Source: Kiritimatiellia bacterium
Lineage (GTDB): Bacteria > Verrucomicrobiota > Kiritimatiellia > RFP12 > UBA1067
Assembly: GCA_050949565.1 (NCBI GenBank)
Contig: JBMNFY010000015.1
Location: forward strand, 1-64,000
Direction of reading: 5' to 3'
DNA: 64,000 nt
Below, piece by piece: positions 36,399 to 46,417 of the stretch (positions within the stretch are counted from its first letter, which is position 1; every line of letters begins with the position of its first letter). Both the position numbers and the translations under genes were made by a program. The notes under the pieces are model-generated. The model was not told the DNA's origin, did no database searches, and worked only from the letters and a program-made list of their open reading frames with translations.

Positions 36399-37832
36399 TC
36401 AAGCGATTTTAACCAATTCGGATGCGATCGGCCTCCCCTTGGCCCCAAAACACTCAATCGGGCGCACTGTGAAACGGTAAGGCCCTTTCAACGTCAGGTC
36501 TTTACTCAGGAACGTGCAAAGCCCGGATCGATGGAATGACGGTTCGTCGAGGCTGTAGAAGTCCGGCGCGAGTACGCGCCGCTGCGCCTGTATGAGATCC
36601 ACTCCATCCGCTTCAAGCGCCGCCGTGACCTCATACTCGAACACACGACATTTGTTCTTCGTTTCTGCATGAGGGAAGGTTACATCGACAAACTCGGCGC
36701 CTTCTCCGTTCTTACGTATTGCAACGGAGACCTTCGCTCCCGAGGCAAACTCCGGGGCCACGCGCGCCGCGCGGCGCACAGCAAAGTCGAAGGGTTTCTT
36801 TTCGGCGACAGGAAGCGGCAAAACCCATTTGTCTCCCAACGCCATGCCAGAAATGAAATCAAGGCGATCAATGTCAATGCGGTCGTCATAGACCGTCACG
36901 AACTGCCCCTGACGGCACTGCGACAGCCCCAGTGCTTTCATGCGGCGCGCACGCTTCTCCCCTGTATAGCCGAAAGCGTTGTCGCGCCCGTTTTCGCGCA
37001 AGGCGTACTCGTTGCTCCCGTAGTAGAGCGACGACGCATTGATCGAAGTAAAAGCCCCCTGCCAGATCGACCGCTCATCTGTAAGTGAATAATGCGAATG
37101 CCCGGAGAAGGCCACGGCATTCGGAAATGCTGAAAGCGCACGCGTGGAACGTCCGTCGTCATGCCCCCACGCCCAAGGGCCCATAACTGTATCCTTCGGA
37201 TGCTCGTGTTGCGTGTAGAAGAATGGCAGCGACGGATCGATTTCCTTCGCATGCGCCTTCATGAACTCCTCGATCCGGATACCGCCATCGGACTTCTCCC
37301 AATGCGCCCCGATAACCGGATATCCCTTGACGGTCTTCATCCAGATGGGCTGGAAGTCTTCGTGGAACAGCCTACGCCAGGTCTTTTGGCGGACATCGGC
37401 ATAACCGATGGCATCGGCCAGACGAGCCTGCTCGTCCGTTGAAGGTGACCGATAGTGGGGATTTCGCCAGCCGTCGACACAATGGTTGCCGAGGACGAAA
37501 AGGTGTTCGACGGGACGTCCATCCGGTGCCTTGCCATTGGGAAAGACGGAGTACCAGACATTCGCGCAAATCTCGAGTTCCGCGACACGGCCTGTATCGG
37601 CGATGTCACCCGCCAGAAGCACCGCATCCACTCCTCGATCCCTGAAATATTCGAGAGCCTTCCGAAACATCTCACCCTGCTCTGGTTTGTCACAGCGGAT
37701 GTGTATGTCACTGAGAACGCCCATGCGCAGGCGTTCCTTCCCCGAACCGTCCGCCCATGCTGCGCCACCGCCGCAACAGGCGGCCCCAAACAAAGTCGCA
37801 GACTTCACAAAGTTTCTTCGAGAGATTTTCAT
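36399..37832 (-). CDS. Tat-exported metallophosphoesterase (calcineurin-like)
   Basis: SRRNFVK twin-arginine signal, SDIH, GDIAD, GNH, H.HP, SGHSH. Confidence 0.9.
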   Translation of the reverse strand: MKISRRNFVKSATLFGAACCGGGAAWADGSGKERLRMGVLSDIHIRCDKPEQGEMFRKALEYFRDRGVDAVLLAGDIADTGRVAELEICANVWYSVFPNGKAPDGRPVEHLFVLGNHCVDGWRNPHYRSPSTDEQARLADAIGYADVRQKTWRRLFHEDFQPIWMKTVKGYPVIGAHWEKSDGGIRIEEFMKAHAKEIDPSLPFFYTQHEHPKDTVMGPWAWGHDDGRSTRALSAFPNAVAFSGHSHYSLTDERSIWQGAFTSINASSLYYGSNEYALRENGRDNAFGYTGEKRARRMKALGLSQCRQGQFVTVYDDRIDIDRLDFISGMALGDKWVLPLPVAEKKPFDFAVRRAARVAPEFASGAKVSVAIRKNGEGAEFVDVTFPHAETKNKCRVFEYEVTAALEADGVDLIQAQRRVLAPDFYSLDEPSFHRSGLCTFLSKDLTLKGPYRFTVRPIECFGAKGRPIASELVKIA

Positions 37833-38040
37833 AGCCTTATTCCTGACCTGCCAAGTTCTTTCACAAAGTGAACCAGCGAGACACCGGCCCCGCGTCCAGT
37901 ATACATTATGCGAGGGAGAAAGATGGGTCAACCCCTAAACTCACCGCATCACCGAAACCAAAACCGATTGGGGTTGCAGGAGTTTCACAGGCTTTGTATA
38001 GTACGATCGTTCATTTGGCACCAAAAAAGGAGCGCTAAAA

Positions 38041-39627
38041 ATGTGTGGTACGGTTCAATATCATGTGTGTGTGCGTGTCATCGGCCTTGCCCTTCTCGTG
38101 GGAGCCTGCCTGACGGGGATAACCGGTTGTGGGCCTTCCGCCGAAAAAAAGGCGGCACGCGAGGCACTTCTCGGTCACGAGATCGAACGGACGTTTGACA
38201 CCATCCAGCGATTGCGCGGCGAAAACAATAACAGTGAAGCCTTGGCCGTAGCCGAGCGTGCCTTGGCCAACCCGAAATATGCCGCGCACAAAACGCGCTT
38301 CTTCACGGAAAAAATTTCCATCCTCGTGGCGCAAGAAGATGATGTCGCCGCGCGCGCCGCGATTCTCGATGCATGGAAAAAAATGCCGGAAGCCGCGCGC
38401 GCTGTCTTCGGCAGCGTCTACAACATTTACCGGCAAGCGGACCGCCATGCCGACATCCGCAACTGGTGCCGCGACTTGCAGGCGCGCGAAATCGGCTTGC
38501 CGGCTGACCTGTTGCCGCAGGTGCTGAATTGGCAACTCACGGCCTCGCTCGCGATGGCTGATGCGGAACTCGCACAAAACGACCTCGACAGTATCATCAA
38601 CGGGTTGCCGGCTGAGAAGGCGGCCCCCATCGTGCAGCAAGGCATGGGCGGTCTGATCGACGGCGGCCAGTATGCCCTCGCCGCCCGTCTATTGGAGTAT
38701 CTGCAAGCCAAAAAACTGGATGCCGAGGCATACCGTCATCTCTTGTCGGCGCTTTCGCTGCGCACCGTGCTGGCCGCAAAAAAATGGGACGAAGCGCCCG
38801 CCGCGTTCGACGCTTGCGTCGCGCAACTGCCGGACAGCATGCTTTACTCACTCGCGCGCACTTTCTTCACGACGCTCCAAAAAAACGAGCGTAGCGACCT
38901 GATCGAGCAGGCCAGCAAAAAGATGATATACAACGCCCTCGACAAAACCAACTCTGTCAACTATGCGGCACGTGTCTGGGTAGAGGCCGGTGTGGCCGCC
39001 AATCCCCGCTTGCTGCCGGAACGTCTCGATGCCCTGCTGGCTGCCCGCATCTCGCCGGTGCAGGTTGGTAACCTCTTCGACCGCTACTTCTACGAAATGG
39101 TAGATAAGCCCGAAATCATCCGCGCCCTCTGCGCTGTCGGCGAACGCATCCTCGCGACCTGTTCCGACGCGAACACGATCAACTCCGTCAAAATCAAGGT
39201 TCTGGACGGTGCCTTCATCATCGAGAATTATGACCTTGCGGTAGAGATGCTGGAAAAAGGCATTCCGGGGAAAGACAAAAACTGGCATGACATGTCGATC
39301 CCCAAAGTCAAAGCACACCGCGCCATGGCCAAAAAACAGCCGCGCGAGGCGGTCGCTTTCTTCCGTGAGTTCATGAATGCCTGGATTGCCTCAGACCAAG
39401 AGGAGGAGTTCGACCCCACCAGCGGCATCGCCTACAGCCGCGAGTGGATTCTAGGCCGCAACGCCAAACGCATCGGCGACATCCTCGACACGATCCCGGA
39501 CAAGGCCGAAGCGGATAAGGCGCGCGCCGAGGCCAAGGAGTACTTCAAGACCGCGATTAAGAAGGCAGAAAACGATCCGGCCGCGCTTGAGCTACTGAAA
39601 AAAGAGACTGAAGGGTTCCTCGATTAA
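38041..39627 (+). CDS. Hypothetical helical-repeat lipoprotein
   Basis: Lipobox-like ITGC after a hydrophobic stretch, Ala/Leu/Glu-rich helical composition. True start uncertain. Confidence 0.75.
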   Translation: MCGTVQYHVCVRVIGLALLVGACLTGITGCGPSAEKKAAREALLGHEIERTFDTIQRLRGENNNSEALAVAERALANPKYAAHKTRFFTEKISILVAQEDDVAARAAILDAWKKMPEAARAVFGSVYNIYRQADRHADIRNWCRDLQAREIGLPADLLPQVLNWQLTASLAMADAELAQNDLDSIINGLPAEKAAPIVQQGMGGLIDGGQYALAARLLEYLQAKKLDAEAYRHLLSALSLRTVLAAKKWDEAPAAFDACVAQLPDSMLYSLARTFFTTLQKNERSDLIEQASKKMIYNALDKTNSVNYAARVWVEAGVAANPRLLPERLDALLAARISPVQVGNLFDRYFYEMVDKPEIIRALCAVGERILATCSDANTINSVKIKVLDGAFIIENYDLAVEMLEKGIPGKDKNWHDMSIPKVKAHRAMAKKQPREAVAFFREFMNAWIASDQEEEFDPTSGIAYSREWILGRNAKRIGDILDTIPDKAEADKARAEAKEYFKTAIKKAENDPAALELLKKETEGFLD

Positions 39628-40440
39628 CGCGGGCAAAGCCCGCGGATAGGCTGTAAGACTGTGAGGTTGTGAGGCTGTAGGTTGGTTTTTCCATCCGCGC
39701 CGTGCGCGGATACACTTCGTCTCCACACTTAATCGCCACACTTAATCGAATACACTTCGTCCCTACACTTAATCGATTGCGCCAGCGACGAAGCGTAAGC
39801 GACGTGTCTTGGACTGAGTGAACGACGTAGACGACGCAGAGGCACGGAGATTTTTACGGGGTGGCGGCGTGACCGCCGCCGGGGAGGGACGAGCGTCTGC
39901 TCGTCCGCAGGCAAGCAGACGCTTGCCCCTCCCGGCGCTCCGCGAGCCCAGACAGCAGCACTGGAGGGCGAGTGTCCCCACGAGCCGCCGTCCGCGCACA
40001 GCGCGGAGGAAACGCTCAAGCGCCGCCGGGCAAGCAGACGCTTGCCCCTCCCGGCGCTCCGCAATGAAACCTGAAACCATCCTTCCGCACAGCGGAAGGG
40101 CGGCTCGTGGGGACACTCGCCCTCCAAATCGTGTCGTTTATGCGCCCGCGCAGCGGGAAATCATGTCAAAAAATGAAACCATGGAACACGGGCAAGATGC
40201 CCGTGCCATACCCTTTTACAAGACACGTTGTTGCGGGCGAGGACGCCCGCACTCCCGACTCTCTGCTCCCCTTGTCATCAGAAACGCATGACCTTCGCAC
40301 ACCCTGTCGCTAATGCGGGCGGAGCCCGCAACCCAAGTTAACTAGTGCGTTAGTTAATTAGTGCATGAATTTGTCCGGGAGCGCGCTGCCCCCAAAAAAC
40401 CTCTGCGTCTCTGCGCCGCTACGTTAAACAAACAACTTGT
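39628..40440. repeat. ~800-bp intergenic repeat mosaic between convergent genes
   Basis: Hairpin cgcgggcaaagcccgcg, (ggctgtra)n, (acacttaatcg/acacttcgtc)n, multiple REP-like palindromes, ttaattagtgc module, ctctgcgtctctgcg. Confidence 0.85.
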
Positions 40441-40470
40441 TTTTTATCGCATTCGTCGGGTCGTAAGGCA

Positions 40471-41574
40471 CTAACCGACTCCCCACCCTTCCACCAACGC
40501 GGCGATCGTTTCGAGCGCCTCTGACTCGGGTAGCGTCTTGATCCGTTCGCCCCGCACGTAGAGCACAAAGCATCCTTGTCCGCCGGCCACGGCGATGTCA
40601 GCACCCTTGGCTTCGCCCGGCCCGTTCACGACACACCCCATCACCGCCACATGCGGTCGCGGCGCGTCTGGGTACTCGCGGTAGAATCGCTCCAGTCGCT
40701 CTTCGACGCGCGCCGCCAGCCCGGCCACGTCTACGCGCGTCCGGCCGCAGGTCGGACAGGAAGTCACCGCCGCGCCGGGCACACGCAACCCCACGCTGCG
40801 CAGCAGTTCGACCCCCACCCGCACCTCTTTCACCGGCACGTCGGTGAGCGACACGCGGATCGTATCGCCGATGCCCTCCAGCAACAACGCGCCCAATGCC
40901 ACGCAGGAGCGCACCGTGCCAGGCAGAAATGTACCGGCCTCCGTCACTCCAAGGTGCAACGGATACACGGTACGCGCCGATAGCAGACGGTAGGCCGCCA
41001 ACGTGCGCGGCACGTCAGAGGCCTTGACCGAAATCTTGATCTCGCGGTACTCTTCGGCTTCAAGCAGCGCGACATGGCGCAACGCGCTCTCGACCAGTGC
41101 CTCGGCCGTCGCCGATCCGTGCTTGGCCAAGATGTCGGCTTCGAGCGAACCGCCATTCACGCCGATGCGGATCGGCACGCGACGACCGCGCGCCGCCGCC
41201 ACCACGGCGCGCACACGCTCAGATCCGCCGATATTACCGGGATTGATGCGCAGTCCGTCCGCACCGGCTTCCAGCGCCGCAAGCGCCAGCCGGTAATCAA
41301 AATGGATATCCGCCACCAGCGGCAGCGGGGACGAGGCGCGCACCTGCCTGAAGACAGCGGCCGACTCCGCGTCCGGAACAGTCAGCCGGATGATGTCGCA
41401 CCCCAGATCGGCGGCCTCGTTGATCTGACGCAGCAACGCCTGCGCGTCGTGCGGATCGGCGTTCGTCATGGTCTGCACGCTGACTGGTGCACCGCCGCCG
41501 ACCGCCACTGGACCCACAAAAATTTGGCGCGTCTCGCTACGCGGACGCACCGCCGCTGTTGCGCCAGTCTGCAT
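40471..41574 (-). CDS. ispG: HMBPP synthase IspG
   Basis: VQTMTN, PLVADIHF, RINPGNIG, IRIGVNGGSL, LHLGVTEAG, GIGDTIRVSL, SCPTCGR, AVMGCVVNGPGE. Confidence 0.97.
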   Translation of the reverse strand: MQTGATAAVRPRSETRQIFVGPVAVGGGAPVSVQTMTNADPHDAQALLRQINEAADLGCDIIRLTVPDAESAAVFRQVRASSPLPLVADIHFDYRLALAALEAGADGLRINPGNIGGSERVRAVVAAARGRRVPIRIGVNGGSLEADILAKHGSATAEALVESALRHVALLEAEEYREIKISVKASDVPRTLAAYRLLSARTVYPLHLGVTEAGTFLPGTVRSCVALGALLLEGIGDTIRVSLTDVPVKEVRVGVELLRSVGLRVPGAAVTSCPTCGRTRVDVAGLAARVEERLERFYREYPDAPRPHVAVMGCVVNGPGEAKGADIAVAGGQGCFVLYVRGERIKTLPESEALETIAALVEGWGVG

Positions 41575-41579
41575 GGTTG

Positions 41580-41783
41580 CTACGACTCCAACTGATGACT
41601 GATTGCTACCGCCAATATGTCTTCCGACGAAAAGGGCTTACTAGCCGCATTCAGTCGGAAGGCTTCAAAGACTATGGCCATTGCCCTTGTTATGCTTTCA
41701 TCCGTGCCTTTTGGATCTAATTTGGCCAACGCCTCCAGAATTACTGATGAACACTCATCAGTTTTTGCAAAGTTTTGTTTCAC
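41580..41783 (-). CDS. Small hypothetical protein or gene fragment in the low-GC islet
   Basis: 67-aa ORF with GTG start, directly after the DUF3883-like gene. Confidence 0.4.
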   Translation of the reverse strand: MKQNFAKTDECSSVILEALAKLDPKGTDESITRAMAIVFEAFRLNAASKPFSSEDILAVAISHQLES

Positions 41784-41787
41784 TGTA

Positions 41788-42540
41788 CTACCTACCTATG
41801 AATGTTGACCAAGAAACTTGGACCATAACGGTCTCTCGCTGTTCAAAAACCAACTCGGAACTGACCGGATCCTGAAAGATAGTATGGCATGGTTTTTCCG
41901 AGAAATTACGCACGACAAAAAGAAAGAAGCGATCCCTTAACAACTCTGCCGCCTTGTACTCCTTACTTGTTAATTGAACAGTTCCCGCCGGAGCGGTCAT
42001 ACCCTTGACCTCGACAGCAAGAAAAGGTGACGTCGCTGTTAACATTCTGAAATCGAAACCGCAACCCAGCGTAGTTGTGTTCTCCAGTTGACAGTCCTGA
42101 AACATCGGCTCCGTTTTGTAGACCGCTTCAAAATATCTCTCGGCTGCTTGGCCTGTTATCAAGCGCTTGGCGAATGTCGTGGTCTCTTGCGTTTCAATTT
42201 GATCTTTTATGACTGCAAGCTCGCCTTTATCATAAATCTCCGACTTTATTAGGAGAGTGAATTCTTCTAGGCTCAGTTCGCCAAATTGATCCATAAAACT
42301 CTTGCAATATCCACGAATAGGCCGCTTGTGCCAACCTTTTCGTGGATTCGGGAAATAGGGATCGAATTCATCTCGATAGTTCTTCAGAGAAGCGGGGCTC
42401 GCTTCGAGGCTTAATGCGATTACATTGAACGCCTCGGAAAACCCACCAAAACCCAATGCCTTGAGCCCTTCTTCATCGAACTTCGACAGAAACAGGCCAG
42501 CAAGGATTAGTTTGTCTCTGACCGAAAGTACCTTCATCAC
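41788..42540 (-). CDS. DUF3883-type (PD-(D/E)XK) protein, probable restriction endonuclease
   Basis: TGQAAE, G.GFDF, AVEVKG, LTSKE, FFLFVV, N-terminal LKNYRDEFDPYFPNPRKGW. Low GC. Confidence 0.78.
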   Translation of the reverse strand: MMKVLSVRDKLILAGLFLSKFDEEGLKALGFGGFSEAFNVIALSLEASPASLKNYRDEFDPYFPNPRKGWHKRPIRGYCKSFMDQFGELSLEEFTLLIKSEIYDKGELAVIKDQIETQETTTFAKRLITGQAAERYFEAVYKTEPMFQDCQLENTTTLGCGFDFRMLTATSPFLAVEVKGMTAPAGTVQLTSKEYKAAELLRDRFFLFVVRNFSEKPCHTIFQDPVSSELVFEQRETVMVQVSWSTFIGR

Positions 42541-42578
42541 TTAGAACCTAAAAGATCCGCTCACCGGTGGCTCCCCAT

Positions 42579-42683
42579 CTACAATTTATCGATAAATGCG
42601 ACTCCCTCGATTGCGTAGCGAAAGCCGCCTATACCACAGAACAGGTCAATGAAGCGAACGGCCTTTTCTAAGCTCGAAACCAT
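42579..42683 (-). pseudogene. Truncated C5 cytosine DNA methyltransferase (34-aa N-terminal remnant)
   Basis: Translates MVSSLEKAVRFIDLFCGIGGFRYAIEGVAFIDKL*. RFIDLFCGIGGFR is motif I (FxGxGG) of Dcm-type MTases. Not in the supplied ORF track. Confidence 0.85.
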
Positions 42684-42821
42684 GGTTGCGACTGTAACAC
42701 GGGAACGGCCACAAGTTCAAGCCCAACATCGCAACACGCAAGAGGGCACGGAAACGGGAGAAGTTCATTAGTGCCTTACGGCTCAAATTGCGACCACTGC
42801 GTGGTCGCAATAACGCGCGCG

Positions 42822-44258
42822 TCACGGTCGCGCCTCTGCCGCCGCAGGCGGCGCGTTGCTTCCCGTCGCCTCCCGCTGCTCTTGCGCCATCTCGCGCAGC
42901 ACGCGGTTGGTCTTGACCTTGCGCGCGATGTCAACGTAGACCAACAGCAGCATCAGCCCGATCAAAATGACGGCAAAGGTGTTGACCAGCGCGGCGACCA
43001 CTTTGGGGTGCGGCTTGCGGCGCGTGATGATCTCGTACAGCGCGAAGAGGATATGACCGCCGTCCAGCACTGGGAAGGGCAGCAGATTCAAGATCGCCAA
43101 GTTGACGCAGATCAGGCGCAGGAAACCCAGCCCGTCAATCAAACTGCCGCGCACCGTACTGTAGAGCCCCATCACAATCGCCACCGGCCCGCCGATGTTG
43201 CGCGCGACGGCCTTGCGCTCACCTGGCGATTCAGGCGCGAACAGCGCCTGCAAAACCCGCACTACCGAAAGCGAATCCCATTTGATCTGTTGCCACGGAT
43301 CGCGGTACATCATCCACGGCTTTACGCGCTCGCGCCCGTCACTCCAGCGGATGCCGACCAGATAGCGCTTGGCATCTTCCTCATATCTGGGTGTCACCGA
43401 GAGCTGCATGTGCTCGGCGCCTCGCTTCAATGTGAGCAGCGCCGGTTTTGCACCCCGCTTGGCGATCAGCGATGAAAAGTGGTACGCGCCCATCACCGGC
43501 GTCTCGTCTACAGCAAGGATCACATCCTTGACTTGCATTCCGCTCTGCGCGGCCGGCGAGCCGGGAATCACCTCGTTCACCTCGCAGCGCGCTTCGGGGA
43601 AGACGCCGGCGAGTACTCGCACACCCAGCACGTTGTTGGTCTCGAACGCGATGGTCAGATCGTGGCGTGCGCCGTCGCGCAGCACGCCGAAGGTCGCCTC
43701 GTTGGCGCCGCCCGCCAGTTGCCACTCCACCTGTAAGTCAGTCCAGTTCGTCACCTTGTGCCCGTTGACACTCTCGATGCGGTCGCCGGTGCGCAGTCCC
43801 GCCTCCCAGGCCGCCGTCCCTTCCTCCACCAGCCCAATGCGCGTATCCAACGCGCCGGTTCGCACGCCCGGCATCCAAGCAATGCATAAAGCCAGCGCCA
43901 CCGCCAGCACCATATTGCCGAACGGCCCCGCCACCGCAACCACGATCCGCCGCCACGCCGCAATATCGGGCAGGTCATCGCGCGACGCCTCGCCGTTGCC
44001 ACCCTGCACCTTTTCCATACCGGAAGGATCAAGTTGCGGCAACGCCACATACCCGCCGAAAGGTATGCATCCGATCTTATACTCCACACCGTTGACGGTG
44101 CGCTTCCAAAGCGCCGGTCCGAAGCCGATTGCAAAGGCGTCCACCTGCAGACCCATCCAACGCGCAGCCAGAAAATGACCGAACTCGTGGATGAAAATCG
44201 CCAAACCGAACAGCAGGAGCACACACGCGCCCGCTAAGACCGACAACAAAAACTCCAT
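42822..44258 (-). CDS. rseP: RIP metalloprotease RseP
   Basis: HEFGH, AGPFGN, two PDZ domains, NLLPFPVLDGGH. Confidence 0.96.
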   Translation of the reverse strand: MEFLLSVLAGACVLLLFGLAIFIHEFGHFLAARWMGLQVDAFAIGFGPALWKRTVNGVEYKIGCIPFGGYVALPQLDPSGMEKVQGGNGEASRDDLPDIAAWRRIVVAVAGPFGNMVLAVALALCIAWMPGVRTGALDTRIGLVEEGTAAWEAGLRTGDRIESVNGHKVTNWTDLQVEWQLAGGANEATFGVLRDGARHDLTIAFETNNVLGVRVLAGVFPEARCEVNEVIPGSPAAQSGMQVKDVILAVDETPVMGAYHFSSLIAKRGAKPALLTLKRGAEHMQLSVTPRYEEDAKRYLVGIRWSDGRERVKPWMMYRDPWQQIKWDSLSVVRVLQALFAPESPGERKAVARNIGGPVAIVMGLYSTVRGSLIDGLGFLRLICVNLAILNLLPFPVLDGGHILFALYEIITRRKPHPKVVAALVNTFAVILIGLMLLLVYVDIARKVKTNRVLREMAQEQREATGSNAPPAAAEARP

Positions 44259-44294
44259 GATACTCCACCACTCTTTCCCGGCCCGGATCCGTGA

Positions 44295-45515
44295 TCAGGC
44301 CAAAACTTTATCCGCGTCCCGCATGCCGCATCGCTCGGAAGCCGCGATGCGCGCCCAGGTGTCCGCCTCTACAATCGCCTCGTACGTTGCGGCGGGCTGC
44401 ACCGCATGCGCGTCCATCACTTGTTCGACCGTCCGCCAGATGCCGGCAAATGGGATCGCACCCGCCAGGAACGCCTCGACCGCCACCTCGTCCGCCGCGT
44501 TAAGCACTGCCGGCAACGTACCGCCAATGGCCGCCGCCTCGCGTGCCAGCCGTAAGCAGGGGAAACGCGACTCGTCCGGCGCTTCGAACGTCAGACGGCC
44601 TTGGCTCACCAGATCCAGCGGCGGCATCGCGACGGCCAGGCGGTCGGGCCAGGTCAGCGCGTACTGAATCGGGAAGCGCATATCCGGCACCGAAAGCTGC
44701 GCCAACTGCGTTCCGTCCACAAAGGTCACCAGCGAATGCACGATGCTTTCGGGGTGTACGACCACCCCGACCCGCGTAGCAGGCATGTTAAAAAGCCACT
44801 GCGCCTCCATGATCTCCAAGCCCTTGTTCATCATGGTAGCCGAGTCGATCGTCACCTTGCGCCCCATGTTCCAGCACGGATGATCCAGTGCCTGTTCGGG
44901 TGTCACCCGTTCGAAATCAATCTCGCGCTGCGCCGCGAAAGGTCCGCCCGAAGCGGTGAGCGTAAGGCACGTCACGCGCTCTTCGGCCGCCGGTTCATTG
45001 TCGTGCGTACGCACACAAGCCGGAGAGAAGGCAGAGGATTGCAGGCACTGGAAGAGTGCGCTGTGCTCGCTGTCCACCGGCAACAGCCTAACGCCAGCCT
45101 CAGCACGCCGCCGCATGACCAGTTCGCCGGCCGCGACCAGCACCTCCTTGGTGGCCAGCGCCACATCCTTGCCCGCCTCCAGTGCCGTCAACACCGGTTG
45201 CAGACCGGACAGGCCCACCAACGCGCAGAGCACGGTATCGGCCACCGCCAGTCCGGCTAGCGCCGTCACGCCCTCCGCGCCACCCCAGACCTGAATGCCG
45301 TGCGGACGCGCCAGCGCCTCCGCCTCGGCGGCAGCGGTCCGGCTCCCGACCGCGACCACCTTCACGCCGAACTGCAACGCCTGCTCAATCACGCGCTTGA
45401 CCTTTGTATGCGTGGCAAGGCCGACCACCCGCACCGCATGCGGCAGAGCCTCGGCGACCTTGAGCGTGTTTTCGCCGATTGAGCCCGTACTTCCGAGTAT
45501 GACGACAGACCTCAT
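44295..45515 (-). CDS. dxr: DXP reductoisomerase
   Basis: ILGSTGSIG, LATKE, PVDSEHSA, LTASGGPF, MGRKVTIDSATMMNKGLE. Confidence 0.97.
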   Translation of the reverse strand: MRSVVILGSTGSIGENTLKVAEALPHAVRVVGLATHTKVKRVIEQALQFGVKVVAVGSRTAAAEAEALARPHGIQVWGGAEGVTALAGLAVADTVLCALVGLSGLQPVLTALEAGKDVALATKEVLVAAGELVMRRRAEAGVRLLPVDSEHSALFQCLQSSAFSPACVRTHDNEPAAEERVTCLTLTASGGPFAAQREIDFERVTPEQALDHPCWNMGRKVTIDSATMMNKGLEIMEAQWLFNMPATRVGVVVHPESIVHSLVTFVDGTQLAQLSVPDMRFPIQYALTWPDRLAVAMPPLDLVSQGRLTFEAPDESRFPCLRLAREAAAIGGTLPAVLNAADEVAVEAFLAGAIPFAGIWRTVEQVMDAHAVQPAATYEAIVEADTWARIAASERCGMRDADKVLA

Positions 45516-46417
45516 GGCGATATTGATTGTCCGACAAACCAAGCGAGATAGAAATAGAGGACCGCGGGCGTGAAGGTCAGGCTGTCGAACATGTCAAGGA
45601 TACCGCCGCCACCGCCCGGCAGCAGACCGGCGGAGTCCTTAGTGTTTGCCGAACGTTTAAACATCGACTCGATCAAATCTCCCATCGCACCGACCACCCC
45701 CAGCACCGCACCCAAGATCAGCGCATGCGGCACATTCAGCGCGGTCAGCGGGCCGCCTGGCAACCAGGTGTAGTGTTTCGCCGCCTGGATCATCGCCACG
45801 CTCACGAGCATGGCAGCAGCGATCCCACCGAAAAAGCCCTCCCATGATTTTTTAGGCGAGATGCGCGGAAACATCTTGTGGCGCCCCCACGTGACCCCGA
45901 CCGCAAAAGCCCCCACGTCGCTGAACTTCACGACCGCTGCCAAGTAAGAGGCCAGATACACACCGACGCGCGCCGAGGGAATCTCAAACATCGAGTCTGC
46001 CCCCCATTGCGCCAACCGGATAAAAAAACTGAGCATAAAGGGCAGATAGAAGAAACCCAGCAGCGTGACGCCCGTGTGTTCGACCGGCCGTGCGATCCGC
46101 GAGTCAAACAGCACACGCAACAGCAACGCGAAGATCAATGCCGCCAGCACCAGCGTTTCGAACTGATGGCCCATCGGCAGTTCGTATGCCGCGCAGGGCG
46201 GAAAGGCGTAACAGGCGATCAGCCACACTGCGCCCATCGCCATGCCGCCGTTGCGGCTGACCGGATGGCCGTTACGTTTCATCATCTGGTAGAACTCGTT
46301 CTGGCAGGCGCAGGACATCAACAGCAACACACCGAAAAGCATCCAGCCCGGCATATAGCATAACGCAATAAGCCAGGCCGCCCCAACCAGCACACCCGTG
46401 ACAACTCGTTTCGTCAA
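45512..46417 (-). CDS. cdsA: Phosphatidate cytidylyltransferase
   Basis: SD.GA, ISPKKSWEG, GDLIESMFKR...KDS..LLPG.GG.LD.FDS. Confidence 0.95.
   Translation of the reverse strand: MTKRVVTGVLVGAAWLIALCYMPGWMLFGVLLLMSCACQNEFYQMMKRNGHPVSRNGGMAMGAVWLIACYAFPPCAAYELPMGHQFETLVLAALIFALLLRVLFDSRIARPVEHTGVTLLGFFYLPFMLSFFIRLAQWGADSMFEIPSARVGVYLASYLAAVVKFSDVGAFAVGVTWGRHKMFPRISPKKSWEGFFGGIAAAMLVSVAMIQAAKHYTWLPGGPLTALNVPHALILGAVLGVVGAMGDLIESMFKRSANTKDSAGLLPGGGGGILDMFDSLTFTPAVLYFYLAWFVGQSISP

Noticed and set aside
39628-39644. Rho-independent terminator after the lipoprotein gene
   Set aside because: A GC hairpin is present but there is no U-tract.
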